DNA of 64,000 bases from Ministeria vibrans ATCC 50519 (Eukaryota > Protista > Filasterea): assembly GCA_943704425.1 (NCBI GenBank), contig CALSCP010002097.1:1-64000 (forward strand), read 5' to 3'. Made by a program: the position numbers and the translations under genes. The notes beneath the pieces were generated by a model that saw only the letters and a program-made list of their open reading frames with translations, had not been told where the DNA came from and did not search any database. Shown here one piece after another: positions 13,091 through 26,400 of the stretch (position 1 is the stretch's first letter; every line of letters starts with the position of its first letter).

Positions 13091-13392
13091 GATAAATTTT
13101 TGTAAATTGTAATTTCAAATTTGTGATGATTATTGATTTGAAAATTGAATAATATTAAAAATTTTGATCGAAAGGAGTCTTACAATCCTGCACCTGCACC
13201 AATCCTGACTTCTGTTTACTGTTACCTGTAAACTCACTAATTGTTTTACCTGACACTTCACGTACCTGTAGCTTAGAAAGTGGTTCTGAGCTCTGAGTGA
13301 GCTGTTGTCGCTTTTCAAAAATATCTATTGCCTCATAATAATAACACACTTAATTGTCTTAATAGTTAAGACTTAAGACCACTCTTCTTTGA

Positions 13393-16300
13393 ATGTTTCA
13401 CCTCACGGCAGTAGTGGTTCTAGTGTGTCTTTTTGGTCGATCAGGTAAGTCTTTTGTTCGATTTTAAAAGAAGATTCGTAAGTGAATGTGTATTGTTGTG
13501 CATTGACTTGTTCAGACGGCGCTCGTGACAACAGCCAATACGTAAGTCCCGTCATTGGCGCCGGTGGCTTTGGCTACGGCTGCGGCAGCCTGCCGCCCGG
13601 TGCAATGTGGCCGTTTGGACTGTGTCGCGCGTCGCCAGACACTGCGCAAGACGAGTTTCGCTTTGCCCCCGACCACATTGGCGGCTACGCGTACAAGGTA
13701 CCCACGCGCCCACACCTTGCCCACTCACGACCCCTTTGTATGGGGGTTATACCCCATAGAAAGCATTGGACGTTTCGCTGAACGAGAGAGAGATTGAGAG
13801 AAGAGATGTTACTTATGTTATTGTTTGATAGGACACACACATTCGCTACTTTTCGCACACTCACATGGTTGGAGCAGGTACACGCACACTATTCACATGA
13901 AATTCACGTGCTTACTTGGCGACGCATAACTTCAGGAATTCCTGACTTGGGCAATGTTGGAGTGACGGCCACCTCGGTGTCCGTCTCCGAACTCAAACTC
14001 GCCAAGTGGGGCTACCGCTCGCATTTCTCGCACGAGACGGAGGTTCTCCGGCCAGGCTACTATGCCGTCAAACTCGAGACGTTCCAGGTGCTGGCCGAGC
14101 TTGCGGCTGCCGGACCCGAGGTGGCAATGCATCGCTACACATACCCTTTTCAAGCGACTGGGCGTAACGTGATTGTCGATTTGCAAGCGGCCCTCTCGAC
14201 GGGCTCTCCTATCACAGACAGCGCCGTTGAGATTGACATTGAGCACAACGAGATTAGCGGGTGGGTCATGAACAAGGGGGGTCTTACGAATCGCTTTGGA
14301 GGTCTCAACACGTCGTTTGTGATCCAACTGGACGCGCAAGTACTCAGCGCTGGCACGGGCGTCTTTGTCAACGGTACGCTCCACGAGGGCGTGCTCAGCA
14401 TGCAAGGCACCCACATTGGCGCAGTTCTCTCGCACATGGCCGACACAGTCGAGCTCAAGGTCGCCATCAGCTTCCTCTCCGTTGCTCAGGCGCGTACCAA
14501 CCTCGCAAGCCAAGCAGCGCCCGCCGTCGACTTTGCCAGCGCTATGGCTGCCAGTCAGGCCGAGTGGGCGCGTCTCCTTGCTACTGTCGATGTCGACTCT
14601 GACGATTCCGAAATGCTCACCAAGTTCTACACGGCAATGTACCACACGCTGATGGTACGCCCCAAGACACCTTAACACACTTCCATTCTCATTTTCCACC
14701 CTTTCTCTTCTCTTGCAGTCTCCAACTAAATACAGTGAGGTGCGACACCTTTCTTTTTGTTGCATTTAGTTTTTATGATGAAAAAACTCACTCAGCATTG
14801 TTTTTTTTTTTTGTTTTTTTTTTTCTTTGTTTCTATTGAACTGAAGACGGACGGATGGTATCGAACATTTGGTGAGACGAACCACATTGCGCAGGCGCCC
14901 AAAGACGAGCGAGTGTTGTCGGATATGAGTCTGTGGGACACCCACCGAACTCTGAACCCCTGGCTGACACTGGTGCAGCCCGATGTGTCGCTGGACATTG
15001 CACGGTCGTTGGTGCGGATGGCGGAGCAGGGTGGCGACATGCCGCGCTGGCCCCTTGCGCACGGCTTTACCGGCTGCATGATTGGCAACCATGGCTTCCA
15101 GGTCATTGCCGACACCTACCTTAAGGGCCTCACCGCCTTCAACCTCTCTGCCGCCTACGCCTACATGCGCGTGCAGGCCGTCGACCCGTCGCGCCCTCAC
15201 GGTCGTGGCGACGCTCTCAAGGACTACCTCTCGCTGGGCTATGTCTCTCTCGAGGACCATAAGAACGACGCGTCCCTTACTCTCTCCTTTGCCTTTGACG
15301 ATCACGGTATTAAAATATGACACAAAATATAATAATAATAATAATAGTAATACTAAAAATTAATTATTAATAATTATTAGTACTATTACTATAATCATTA
15401 ATAATTTTATTATTAATAAATTTATAATAATTATTATAATCTTTTATTTTCTTAATTTTATTAATATTATACTTTTTTATTCATCGTAGCTGTGGCAACC
15501 GTAGCATCGCTGTGCGGCAACGAGAGCGATGCGGCCATGTTTCGACAGCGCTCACTCAACTATGTCAACGTGTGGGACGCAGAGCGCCAATACATGTGCC
15601 CCCGCACTCGCGCTGGCAAGTTTGAGTGCCCTCTCCTTGTCACCGACCCTTTTGACAGCCATTATACCGAAGTAAGTAAAACTTTAATTGATCATCTCAT
15701 CTGATTGACTTGTTTGTTCTCTTCAGGGCGATGCTGAGCAGTGGCGCTGGTTTGTTCCGCACGATCCCGCTGGTCTTGTCCGTCTCTTCCGCTCAAACGA
15801 GACCTTTGCTGACAAACTCAACGTCTTCTTCAATGCCTCTCGTGCCCAAACAAACAAGTACAAAATATATTCACCTCTCGACACTGTCTCACGCACGTAC
15901 GCACACACGCACGTTTGCTTTTTTTTTTCCTTTCTTAATCAGTTATTTGCCTAACGAGTACTACTGGGCCGGCAACGAACCTGATCTTCTCGCCGTCTGG
16001 CTTTTCAACTACGCGGGCCGGCCCGACCTCACACAGGTATGAGTAGCCACTCCAAACAGACGCATTCTCAATCTACACTATTGCATGTAGTACTGGTCGC
16101 GCTGGCTCAGTGACTTCAAGTACACAGTCGATCCGGATGGAGTGCCTGGGAACGATGACTACGGCACCATGTCCGCCTGGCTCACCTTTACCATGCTCGG
16201 CTTGTACCCACAGACCGGCTCCACGCGCTACTTCCTCGGCAGTCCTCAGCACAAGGGTGCCTCCCTCCACCTGCCTTCAGGCACCCTCCGCATCACCGTC

Positions 16301-16480
16301 GACAATTACGCCGAGCGCAATATCTATGTCCGGTCAGTCCTTGTCAATGGCGTCTCTGCCACGGAGCCCTTTGTCGACCATGCCGATCTCGTGCGTCCCG
16401 GTGGCGCCCAGCTCCACTTCACCATGTCCGACACGCCCTCTCCATTCCTTTCCAAACACGCATTCCAAGAGAACAAGTAA
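13393..16480 (+). CDS. GH92 alpha-1,2-mannosidase, secreted, multi-exon
   Basis: YVSPVIG, PGAMWPFG, FYTAMYH, SLWDTHR, GCMIG, YTE|GDAEQW, GNEPD and PGNDDYGTMSAW motifs. Confidence 0.9.
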
Positions 16481-16576
16481 ACACACACTCAGACAGACGT
16501 GTTGCATTTCAGTATCCTGTGCGCCTTGCGTGAGTGCGTGTGTGTGAGATTTTTTTTGTCTGGAAAGAAGAAAGGG

Positions 16577-17706
16577 TTATCCCGAGTATCCCGGAACCTT
16601 CTTGTACGTAGAGCCCACAATCTCTACGAAGAACGAATCATGCTCAATTGGATTTCCAGGTGTGCAACCATTTATGTTGTAGTCACTTACGTTGCATGTA
16701 GTGCTAAAACACATCGAAACAATATTGTAGAAAGAGTTTAGTACATTGAACAATCGAATGAAAATTGGATTACCTGCCCATTAAGCATGCAGAGGATGCC
16801 CAAAAGTATCATGGAGCCGCGGTGAAGAAGAGACATGTCGTGGGTGTCGGGGTTGTACAGGAAGGTAAGGTAGATGGAGTAGGAACAGAACATGAGGAGG
16901 GGCGCGCGCAGCCAGACGTCGACACGCGCATGCGTGCGCTTGACCGTCTCATTGCTGACATAGCCTGCCTTTTGAAGGACCAGTAGTAAGTAGACAATGC
17001 CGCCGGGAAGACCCGAGATCGCAAAGGCAACAAGGTTCTTGCCTGGTCCAAAGTCAAAGGACGAGCCAATCTGAAGGAAAGACACCAAACGATGAAACTT
17101 CCAAAACTCAATTTATGGATGGATTCGCTTACAAAGACAAAAGGAAAGGCAAAAGCAAAGTGATGCATGGTGTCGGCGGGGGTCAGGTCGAATCCGAAAA
17201 AGTGGTTGTGGTACAAGTGGATGGCGCCGATGAAGTAGCACGGCCACATCGTCCAGTCACCCTCAGCCAGAGACGAGTTGAGCGGATCGCGAAAGGAGCG
17301 GAACACGTCGGGCAGGGCCGTTAGCGTCACCATGAGGTTGCCAACAAAGTGGACAAAGAACCACCGTGCTTTCAGATGCCTTGCAACTGTGACAGAGAGA
17401 AGAGAGAGAGATAGACAACAATGAGTTGGCAGGTTCATCATCAACCCAAAATCCTGGGCCGTTACGCCCCAAGTGCATCATTGATACGCACTCACGAGTG
17501 CATCCATGAGCGAATAGGCAAGGCGCGATGCGATGGGAGCGCCCGGCCAAGGCGAGACGGCCGTGCAGCGATAACATTTGCATGTCATTTCGCTCTGTCT
17601 CGCAAACAAAAAAAAAAAAACACCACCTACCAAGAATGTCGACAATGCCAAGAAAGCCCATGGCAAGGGTGATTTGGTAGACAGCATCCACAAGCGAAAC
17701 GGTCAT
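16577..17706 (-). CDS. TLC-like multipass membrane protein with a 13-nt microexon
   Basis: ARWFFVHFVGN, DTMHH, SGLPGGIVYLLLVL, VWLRAP and NGQ|HYMQ; microexon 16691-16703. Confidence 0.7.
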
Positions 17707-17955
17707 TTTCGGACAATGATTGAGCAAAAGCTGTGAGTAGTGCGGTCAAGTGACGAGTTACGACCAATGTACACTTGGGTCTTGAACACTTCCAACAGCC
17801 AAGTGGTAATTGTCAGTTGATAAAACAAACAGGAGACCGGAAAATCAATTGGTAGTTTGGTACGAGTGAATTCCGATTAATTTTACCAAAATATTCATTT
17901 TTTTTTTGGTTTGCGCGCTCAAAACTCGCTCTTTCTCTCTTTTGTCTCATTGTGG

Positions 17956-19921
17956 ATGGCGAGTGTGTCAGGAGCGGGCGCTGTCGACGGTGCCGACGCA
18001 TTGGCCTATAGTGGGAAGCATGATCCCCGTGCGCTGCTGCACGGGCCAATGGCCGTGGACGCGTCCGAGACGGTACTTCTGCGCCCTTCGTGTTTTGCAC
18101 GGTGTTTCGCCCTCTCCTCGCTCCCCGCTTGATCCATTCCTCCTCGCTTTTGCCGTGCTCACCCCAACTTACTCTATTCCGTGTTGTGTAGGGTGCCGCG
18201 CCGGCCGTGCGCACGTCGATGGCCTGTGAAAAGGACCACGACGTGTTTGCACTGCGCGAACGGTCCTTTGGCAACCAATATTCTCACTTGTACTACAATC
18301 GTCTGGTGTGCATGCGTCGATCCGTCTTAGAAGCTGCACGAAAACGATGGCCCGAGGCGGAGCACGTCGATGAGATCCTCAAAGTCGAAGAGGGCAAAAC
18401 TTGCTTCATTATTGGCACTCTGTACAAGGTACACACTGTCTCTCTCTCTCTCTATCTCTGACACAACGTGTCCCTAATTTCCTCTTTAACCCCTCCATCT
18501 CTTTTAATCACTTTGTATCTTTCTCCTCTCCATCACTTTGTCTTTGTATCACATTTGTTCCTCTCTCTCTCACACACACACAAACACACACTCCTTTCTA
18601 ACTCCTGTTAGGACATGACGGCCAAACCCAACATCTTGGAAGAGGTTGCACGCGAACAGTATCTTCCACCACCCGCTATCCGCGCCAAGTACACGGAGGA
18701 GACAGACTCGACTGTGCTCGAGGACCAAAGTGGCCGTGTGGGTCTGTGTGGGCACATTTCAGTAGACCTGGTGGTGACTGGGGCGGTCATTGCTGTGCGA
18801 GGACAAGAAACAGCAAGCGGCGACTTTGCCGTGGACGATTTTTGCTTTGCTGGCTTGCCAGTACAATCGCCACTTGTGACCGAACTTGCTGTTGCACCCT
18901 CCGCAGGCGGTGACCCTTACATTGCCTTGATTTCGGGTCTTAATATTGGCTCTGAGTCCACTAGTGATCCCGCCTGCAATCCGTTGCTTCTCGAAATGTT
19001 TGTTGACTATGTTACGGGTCTGCTGGGTGGCGAAAATGTATTGGAGGAAAAGCACTTGTCTATTTGTGAGAGATACTCACTCCTTCATCTGTGTCTCACT
19101 TAGGATCAAGAAGTTGCGTCGCGCATTGTACGCGTTGTAGTGGCCGGCAATGTGCTGGGCAATATGGGTGAAAAGCGAGACTCACGCCCCAAATACTTGC
19201 GCGGCAAGGAGGAGGCGGCCAGTGTCGAGGCAGTGAGTACGCTGGACTCGCTGCTTGCACGCCTCGCTTCCAGTGTTCCCGTCGATATTATGCCTGGCCA
19301 ACACGATCCCAGCAATCACACCATGCCACAACAACCCATGCATCCCTGTATGCTGCCACTCTGTGCCAAACTCGCCACTGTCGACGGTGTCTCCAATCCC
19401 CTTAAAATGTCTGTAGGACCCGTCAAGTAAGAAGAAGGCGTCGAAAATATGATTTCCCCTCTCCTCCCACTCACGCATTCCTTTCATATGCTTCATCAAA
19501 TCAAGAATTCTGGGTACATCGGGCCAGCCAGTCAACGATATCTTCCGCTTTGTCAGCACCGAAGACCGTCTGACCATTCTTGCGTCGACTCTCGAGATGC
19601 GTCATCTCGCCCCCACTGCCCCCGACACCCTTCCCTGCTACCCATTCCGCGACGGCGACCCATTCATCATTGCCGACTGTCCCCACATCTACTTTGCTGG
19701 CAATCAACCGGAATATTCCACCAAAATGGTCACCGGTCCGAACTTGGCAAGACACCCCGATCAAGTTTCACTCTCTTCTCGTATTCCTTCTTTTAGGGTC
19801 TCAGTCACAACAGGTTCGCATTATCTGTGTTCCCTCCTTCTCCGCCACCGGCACTGTAGTCCTTGTCAATCTGCGCACGCTCACTTCCACTCCAATGGAA
19901 TTCCAAGTCAATTTGAGTTGA
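17956..19921 (+). CDS. POLD2: DNA polymerase delta small subunit
   Basis: QYSHLYYNRL, IIGTLYK, LEDQSGRV, DIMPGQHDPSNHTMPQQPMH, GTSGQPV, RHLAPTAPDTLPCYPF and CPHIYFAGNQ. Confidence 0.95.
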
Positions 19922-20000
19922 TTGTTTTTAAAAAAAAAATAGTGAAATGTGCGTTTTTGTTTTTCTTCTTTGTGAGATTATTTTTATTTATTATTAATTT

Positions 20001-21489
20001 CTACACGCGCTTTCGCTTACGCAGACGGTCCGTGCCCCCACCGTCAGTGCTCAACGACCCTCGCGTCACCCTTCGCGTCTCCTCCTCTCCTCCTTCCTCT
20101 TCTGCTTCTTCTTCCTCCTCCTCTTCTTCTTCCTCCTCTTCTTCTTCCTCCTCCTCTTCATCTTCTGCCTTGAGACGACTTGAGCGTCTCTTACCCGCGC
20201 TACCCCGACTCCCAACACTGCTGGCACGTTCAATCTTGCTGTGAGCCGCCTGCTTGGCCTGTCGTGGTCTACGCTGACGACCTCGCGGCACGTCCGTATC
20301 GCTGTCTGACCCCATATAATCATCGTCTTCCTCTTCGTCGTCGTCGTCATCGTCACCCTCAAAGTCCCCGTCGTCGTCATCATCCTCTAGATCATATTCC
20401 TCCTCGTCGTCCACATAGTCATCTTTGCGTCTCCTCTTCTTCTGCGGACTTCCACTTGGTCTCCTTGTCCTCGTCGTTGTTGTTGTCTCATCATCATCAT
20501 CTTCCCCATCGCCGTGCGTCTGCCGCTGCTGCTTCTTCTTCGTTGAAGACGACGACGACGACCCACTTGCCCTGGTCGACTGCGGCGTCATGCTCTCGTC
20601 CCCTTCGTTGTCATCTTCATCGCCGTCTCCCTCTTGCACCTGTGGCGTCCCTTGTCCCGACATGTCCGCGGACGGTGACTGTACCGTGGCAGTGGTGGCA
20701 GAGCGTGAAACGCGAGCCTTGCCCTTCTTGCTGGGCTTCTTGGGCGGTCGAGAGCGCTTTCGATCACGTGTGTACGGCACGTCGGGCACGGTAAAGATTG
20801 GCGAGGGAAAGTCAACGGGAAGAGTCGTGGTACCGGCCAAAGGCCAGTGACGCCGGGTGTGCGCCAGAGCCTGTTCGGCAACGGCACGAGACTCGGGCGC
20901 CAGCTGATCACACGAATCGCGCAGCAGAGCACGCGACAAGGGCGGAAGAGGTGTGTGTACGCGCTCAGCAGTTGCCAGTCGGTCCATACGGTCGAGAGCA
21001 TCTTCGCGTGCATAGTGGTCGTTGTGAGCCACGCGTGGTTGTTTGATGAAGCGCTTTTGGTCGAGAGACAGGCCGGCGACGCTCGGCAGTGAAAAAAAGG
21101 GCGGTCGAGCGGGGGTGTCGGATGTCGTAGTGGCCGTCGTGCTTGACGAGGCTTGACCTGGACGAAGGCGCACACTGCTGGTGTCAAGGCCAAGTGCCGA
21201 GTCGGCGGCCTTCGCCATGAGTGGCGGCATGTCAGGCATGAGCATGGGAATGGCAGAAAGAGTGCCGGCACTTGAGAAGGCAAGCTCCATGTGCTCTTTG
21301 CGCAGTCGCTTCAGTCCACTTGGCGTTTGTTGGTGCGTCTGCTGAGCCGTGTCGTCGTCGGCCGTCTCCTCGACGCCCCCCTTTCTCCTGTTTTCTCGTC
21401 TCATTCGCCTAAGACAAAAAGTTATAAAATCTTAGTACACTACACAATAATACTAATAATACTAAAATAATAAAAATAAAAATAATAAA

Positions 21490-21554
<65 letters not shown>

Positions 21555-22792
21555 TAATAAAAATGATAATAATTTAATAAAATAATAATAATAATAATAA
21601 AATAAACATACCTGAGCTCGCGACTGTGCTGAGCAGTGAGTCGCTCCAAATGGTCGTCTGTGAGTCGCTCGAGAATGGGCTGCCATTCCCCAATCGTCGC
21701 GCGTAGTCCCGGATACACAACATGCGTCGCGTCCTTACCCCGCCACCCAACCACTCCTTGCGCAAACATCATCTTTCGGAAGATGACTTGTTCGCGAATG
21801 GAGTGTGCAATGTCACTCACAAACCTATTCGTACAATAATAATAATTTAATTTAGACACACAGTCTATAATAGTATACCTTCCGCCAATGCCAAGGTCAG
21901 AGCACACAGTCCGCGCAAAGTCTTCTGGGTCGGTTGTTGTGCGTTCGCTCATGTCCCACTCAAATCGGTCATTGTACGACAGAGCGCCATTAAGAATCTC
22001 AACGTGAATCGGAAAACGTGCATCGTCGGCGTCAAGAGGCGCTGCTAAGCCCGCCACTGACCCAAACTGTTCCAGCTGTGCACGGATGCTGGAGGCCACT
22101 AACGACGCCAGTGGCTTGCGCGGCAGTTCCATATCATCGCAAAGCATTGCGGCAAACGTGTCAGGCGACACCATCACATCTACACATAACCGTATTATTT
22201 ATGCGTGCCTCCCTCTCAACCTCTCTCCTCCTCGCTTGTACTCACCATGGATGTTCCAGGTGAAGGTGTCGCGGATAAAGCGACCCTCATGCTCGACGTC
22301 GATACGGATGGGCACCAGCAGCTCAGGCATAGTCGCGGCCGAGGCGAGGATGTCTGCCCAGGGACCCACGCCAACACACTCAAACAAGGGCGTATACGGA
22401 TTGTGCTGCTGCGGGTGCTCCTGCGACGCGCCCGGCCTCAGCGGCAGGGTGTCGACCTCCTCGGAGGTGGGCAGGTAGGGCGTGAAGGAGAGAAGGGCCG
22501 CTGGATCGGCATCGTCCGCGATCAGATCCGACTGCGTCTTGAACAGCTCGCGGTGCCCTTCAATCAGCATGTCGATCTCCGTCGCGCGCATGATCGTGAC
22601 GCGTGTGGCGCACGGCGAGACCACACTTGCGTCAATGAGCCTTGCGCGCTCTTTGGGCGTCGCCTGCCGCCGCCACAGCCCCGGGTACAGTAATAACACC
22701 TCGTCAATGGTCTTCTGGTGCAGCTGTGCAACACGCGTCGCGGTCATGTACTCCTGCGCAAAGCACAGTCAGAATGGCAGTCAGAAGAGACA

Positions 22793-22833
<41 letters not shown>

Positions 22834-23114
22834 GTCTCACAATCGAAAATGTTAACAATAAACAAATGGACAGAGACAAAAGTGAAGGGATCGCGTATTC
22901 GTCGACAGGGGGTACAAGAAGAGGCAGGGAGTGGTGGTGGTGGTACCTCGCCAAGGGGAGAGAAGCGAAAGCGCTGAGGGAGAATAACTTCGTCGCGATC
23001 GTCGCGCGCAACCGGCAGCGGATTGAGCACAATGCGGATGGGCGCTGGCGCGCCGCTCGCATTCGACGCGTGTTCGCCTTCAACGTGAAGACGCCCTGAA
23101 CGTCGAGATCGCAT
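20001..23114 (-). CDS. SMARCB1: SWI/SNF subunit SNF5/SMARCB1-like with long acidic C-terminal extension
   Basis: N-terminal winged-helix-like YPGLWRRQATPKER; RPT1 LVPIRIDVE..IRDTFTWN; RPT2 DRFEWDMS..PEDFARTVCSDLG; IAHSIREQ. Confidence 0.8.
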
Positions 23115-23412
23115 TCAATAAATATTGTGATCAAAATAAAGACAATTCACCCACAATAACAATTCACTCGCCCATCACGATTGTGGAGCGTGACGATACT
23201 CTCAAGATAGTCAAGAACTCAAGATACTGAAGTAGCTGATTTAGTCCGGAGTGGAGATCCAAATAAGAAGTCAATTTTTTTCTGTCACTTACACATTCTT
23301 TCTTTATTCATAATGTCTTGAACTATTATGATGGGGTTTATTTATACAAAAGGTAAATAAAGATAATAAAAAATAGTAATTATAATAGATAAAGAAATGG
23401 CGACTTGGACTC

Positions 23413-26400
23413 TTAAATGAAAGTTTCGACGGGATTAGCATCGAAAAAATTTAAAATCTGATCAATGTGGTCGCTTGAGTCGCCTTCCGTGATGTTTAGG
23501 GCCACGTCCGAGCCGGGGACGTCGTGATCGTCGAGCGATGTCGATGGGGATGGACCTTCGGCAAAGACGAGATTTTCAGAGTTGGTGTCTGCATGAAGGA
23601 CGAGAGGGTGTGTGGGCGATTGGGGCATAATACGACGCACGAGCAGGGTGGAATGTGGTGGCGACATGGACGATGTGGTGGATGCACCCGAGTGGAAATC
23701 CTCGCCACAGGCGGTCGGGCCAGCCGGACTACGGTCAAGCATGGTTGAGGCCATACTGGCACTCTCGTACACGTCGCCGCCGCCTGGGGACAAAAGCTGC
23801 GGTGACAACGCCGACGTCTCCTCTTCTGGCTCCCTCTTGAGTGTGAGGGCAGTGGTCGCGGTCGCCTCGGCATACTCGGCTGTATCGGTCGACGACGATG
23901 TCACGGTGGAATTGGACAGGACTGAGTGGCGCGCGGACGAGCGGTTGTCGTCGCTACCCTTGCGCGCATGCTGGCGTGGACGTGTAGACGACGACGCCGT
24001 CGTCGTTGTTGTGTTCGTTGCCTTGACAGAACCACCGGCACTACCGCTGTTGCTATTTGTGGCTGATGGCGGAGGTGGACTCGATCCGTTTTGCGTGGTG
24101 AGCGAGAGAGACCAGTCGTTCAGAAGGGAGACGACATCGGGATGGTGGCGCTCCACGGCGAGCATCATGGGTGTCTTCTGGTCGTCGTTTTCGACGTCGC
24201 GAACTGCAAAGCGCATGAGAAGGATACGAACGACGTCGGCGTGACCTTCGCGAGCGGCCAAGTGCAATGAAGTGTTGCCATGCGAAGTACGCCCGTTAAT
24301 GTCCATGGATGACATTTGAGCAATGTGGCGAGCGCACGGGAAGAGACCGAGTGCAGAGGCCCAGTGCAGGGCAGTCCACATCTTGTCGTCACGCAGACAC
24401 GGATTGGCTCCGGCACGCAGCAAACGCATTGCACAGACGGCGTTGCCGAGCTTGAGCGCTGCCATGGTCGCCGTTTCGCCGTCGCGTGTCGCCGTATTGA
24501 TGTTGATGCCCGCCTGCAAGAGCTGGTCGATGCCGTGCACGTCGCCGAGGCGACAGGCCTCGTGGAGAGCGGTGCTGCCGTGTCGACAGCGTTGGTTCAC
24601 TTTGATGCTGGGCACGCAAAGAAGTTCGTGTATGCAGTCGGCGTGACCGTGCGCCGCTGCCACGTGCAGGGCGGTGCGACCGTCGCGCGCGGGTACGTTG
24701 GGGTTCACACGGCCACCCAAGAGCACACGCACCACATCGGCATTGCCATAGTGACAGGCAGTGTGCAGCGGAGTCCAACCAGTCTCGGTGAGCATGGAGG
24801 TGGCGTCGTGGTAGAGCTGAGCGAACACAAACGACTGTTTCCCGTCTGGCGGCGCAGAAGTCCCACTGCCTTGGAGGTACTTCTTCGCGATTGAGTCGGC
24901 GTCGTTGACACGCACGGCATGGAGCAGTTCGCGGGCGTGGCGCTCACGCACACGACGTTGCTGATCCTCAATGAGCAGACGGTTGCGGCGTGCCGTCTCG
25001 GCGTCCTTGGCGGAGAGAACACCAGTGGCCAGGTTAGTTTTGATGTTGGGTTGATGTGACGTGGAGGATGTCGCCGAATGCGTCGACAAGGTGTCCCTTG
25101 AAATAGACACCGAAGTGGAGGCAGACAGTGGCGTGGCTCCGATCGCTGACGCCGCCGCAGTAGTGGCGCTCGTTGCTGTGGTTGTTGGATCCGAATGGCG
25201 TGTGGGTGTTGGACTTGACAAGAGAATGGGAGTGGGTCGCAATGACGAAGTGTCAATTTCGGATTCCTCGACGAGCATGGCACTCCCAGCCTCCTGGTGC
25301 TGAGGGCCACCCACCAGAAGGGTATCATAGGAGGAGGAGCCGTCGTCGGTGGCGTCACTGACCCTCTCGTCGTCGCTGAGGTTGAAATGGGGATGGTCGA
25401 TGTCACCACTGTGGCTAAGGGAGGGACGTTTGGGCGATGGCGAGAGCGCGGTGGAGTGATCGAGAAACGCCTCAAAGTCGTTTCCATGCAGCATTTGCAT
25501 AAAGGCTGTATCGCTAGGACCCGCAGCGGCTTCGACAGCGGCACGAAGACCCGCACTTGAGGGCAAGGGCAAAGGTGCCGAGGACATGAGCGAGGTGCGC
25601 AGCGAGGCATTCTCAGGGGTATCGACACGCGAACGTTTGCGGAAGCGAGCGCGCAGTCCACCGCCACCACTGCCACCGCCATTAATGCTGCCACGAACGC
25701 CGTCGGGCGATGATGACGAGGAGACTTCGTTCATGATGAGTTCCTGGGTGTCCTCGCTATAGGCATCGTAGTCGTCGTTGTCGTTCGAATTGTAGAGGGC
25801 ACTCTGAGACGTAATGCGACGACCATCGCCACCAAAGGCTGCCTTGCGGCTGCGCTTGAGCATGCCAACAACGAGAAAGAGAGCGAGAATGCAGGCGACA
25901 AGGGCGCCCACGACACTGCCAACGACCGTTGCCGAGCCAACACCGGACGAGGCCGACGAGGGCGCGCGTGCCTGGGTCCACTGGCCCGACAGGGAAAGAT
26001 CGGAGGGCAGCAACGAGAAGGCGTGCGATAGGGGAAAGCCGGCGTTAGCCTGCGTGAGAACGCCCGACGAGTAGGCGGCATTGAGGAAGTTTTGCATGTC
26101 CAGGGACGACGCAAGCTGACTGGTGGCGTCTGTAAGGGTGACATTGAACATGACGAGAGTCTCGTGCGTGCTACTGGCATTGGAGGTGGTGAGCATGCGA
26201 AGGGTGTCGCCGGCAAAGCCGGATCCGTTGCGAAGGTATGTATCGAGAGCTGCGGCGTCGGGAAGGAACGTGACAACGTTCCACACGTGCACGGGTCCGC
26301 CCAAGAGGCGGCCAAAATGAACACGGAAATCGCCAATGGCGTGCATAAATGTCTGAGGAGACATGGCCAGCACGACGGCAAGGGGAACGGGTGCCTCGCG

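Noticed and set aside
13123-13209. C box and D box pair upstream of SMIM30
   Set aside because: AT-rich promoter region, no terminal stem and no convincing rRNA guide.
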